64,000 nucleotides of DNA from Phoronis australis (lineage: Eukaryota > Animalia > Phoronida), in the NCBI GenBank assembly GCA_002633005.1, contig NMRA01000005.1, positions 1,002,524 through 1,066,523 of the forward strand. The letters run 5' to 3'. Position 1 is the first letter of the stretch; each line of letters starts with the position of its first letter. The notes beneath the pieces are model-generated. The model did not search any database, had not been told where the DNA came from, and saw nothing but the letters and a program-made list of their open reading frames with translations. Below, in pieces: positions 63,430-64,000 of this stretch. Position numbers and translations under genes: made by a program.

Positions 63430-64000
63430 GTGAGTACTCTCTTTTGTTTATTGCACATGTAATCAGATACAACTGACCGGTGATTTGGCCTTTGCTCGTA
63501 ACAATGAGATAAGAAATGAGTCATTAAGTACGGGTTCTAGGACAACCTTTACCTGAACGAGTTGGTAAAAACGGCTGCAAGTTCACCTTTTGTCACAAAA
63601 ACTCGCGGCCTTTGATTTAGTGCCGACTTACCGTGCCGAGTTGAAACTGGGGATCAATTTCTGAAATAACTCTCTAACATGTTGATCAAATTCGGACGGC
63701 TCTACAGTGTGTCCCAAAAATGTGACTCCCAATCTAAACTTGGAGCAAGATTAGTGGTTTGAATACACAAACAGGAGATCGAAAAGGAATTGAGTCTTCA
63801 AACGAAATTCTACACAATGCTTATTGACTTGGCAAGATAAATTGTCTTTGCACTTCTTAGATGTTTTTAGTTTACAGTAGATTTAAAGTGTACGCAACAT
63901 GACTCTAGTACCTCAAAATAAATTTTATTATTATATCTTACTTGATTTCAGTGCCTTTAGTGCACAGCTCATAAAGAAACACGTAAAAATTGAAAAAAAA

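Overview
AT-rich genomic DNA from a bilaterian invertebrate (lophotrochozoan-like, inferred from gene and repeat content), with GT-AG introns and one N at 1715. Positions 601-34751 (+) hold the 3' half of a filamin gene, encoding Ig repeats 17-24 in human FLNA numbering. This gene has a tandem pair of equal-length exons for Ig17 (probably mutually exclusive) and a candidate alternative first coding exon inside a 17.7 kb intron that would give a short C-terminal isoform. A convergent intronless RBM15/spenito gene lies at 45542-47740 (-) and has a bidirectional-looking promoter. Beyond it are a decayed BEL/Pao retrotransposon, an intronless secreted WSC-WSC-kringle x3 gene (56270-57868, +) and the probable 5' UTR exons of another gene. 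The most unusual items are a young BEL/Pao-derived insertion with inverted LTRs and a perfect 5-bp TSD, a Helentron-type element carrying a roughly 150-bp-periodic array of CTCF-consensus motifs, and a Penelope-type hammerhead ribozyme. All calls were made by eye; no database searches or folding programs were run.
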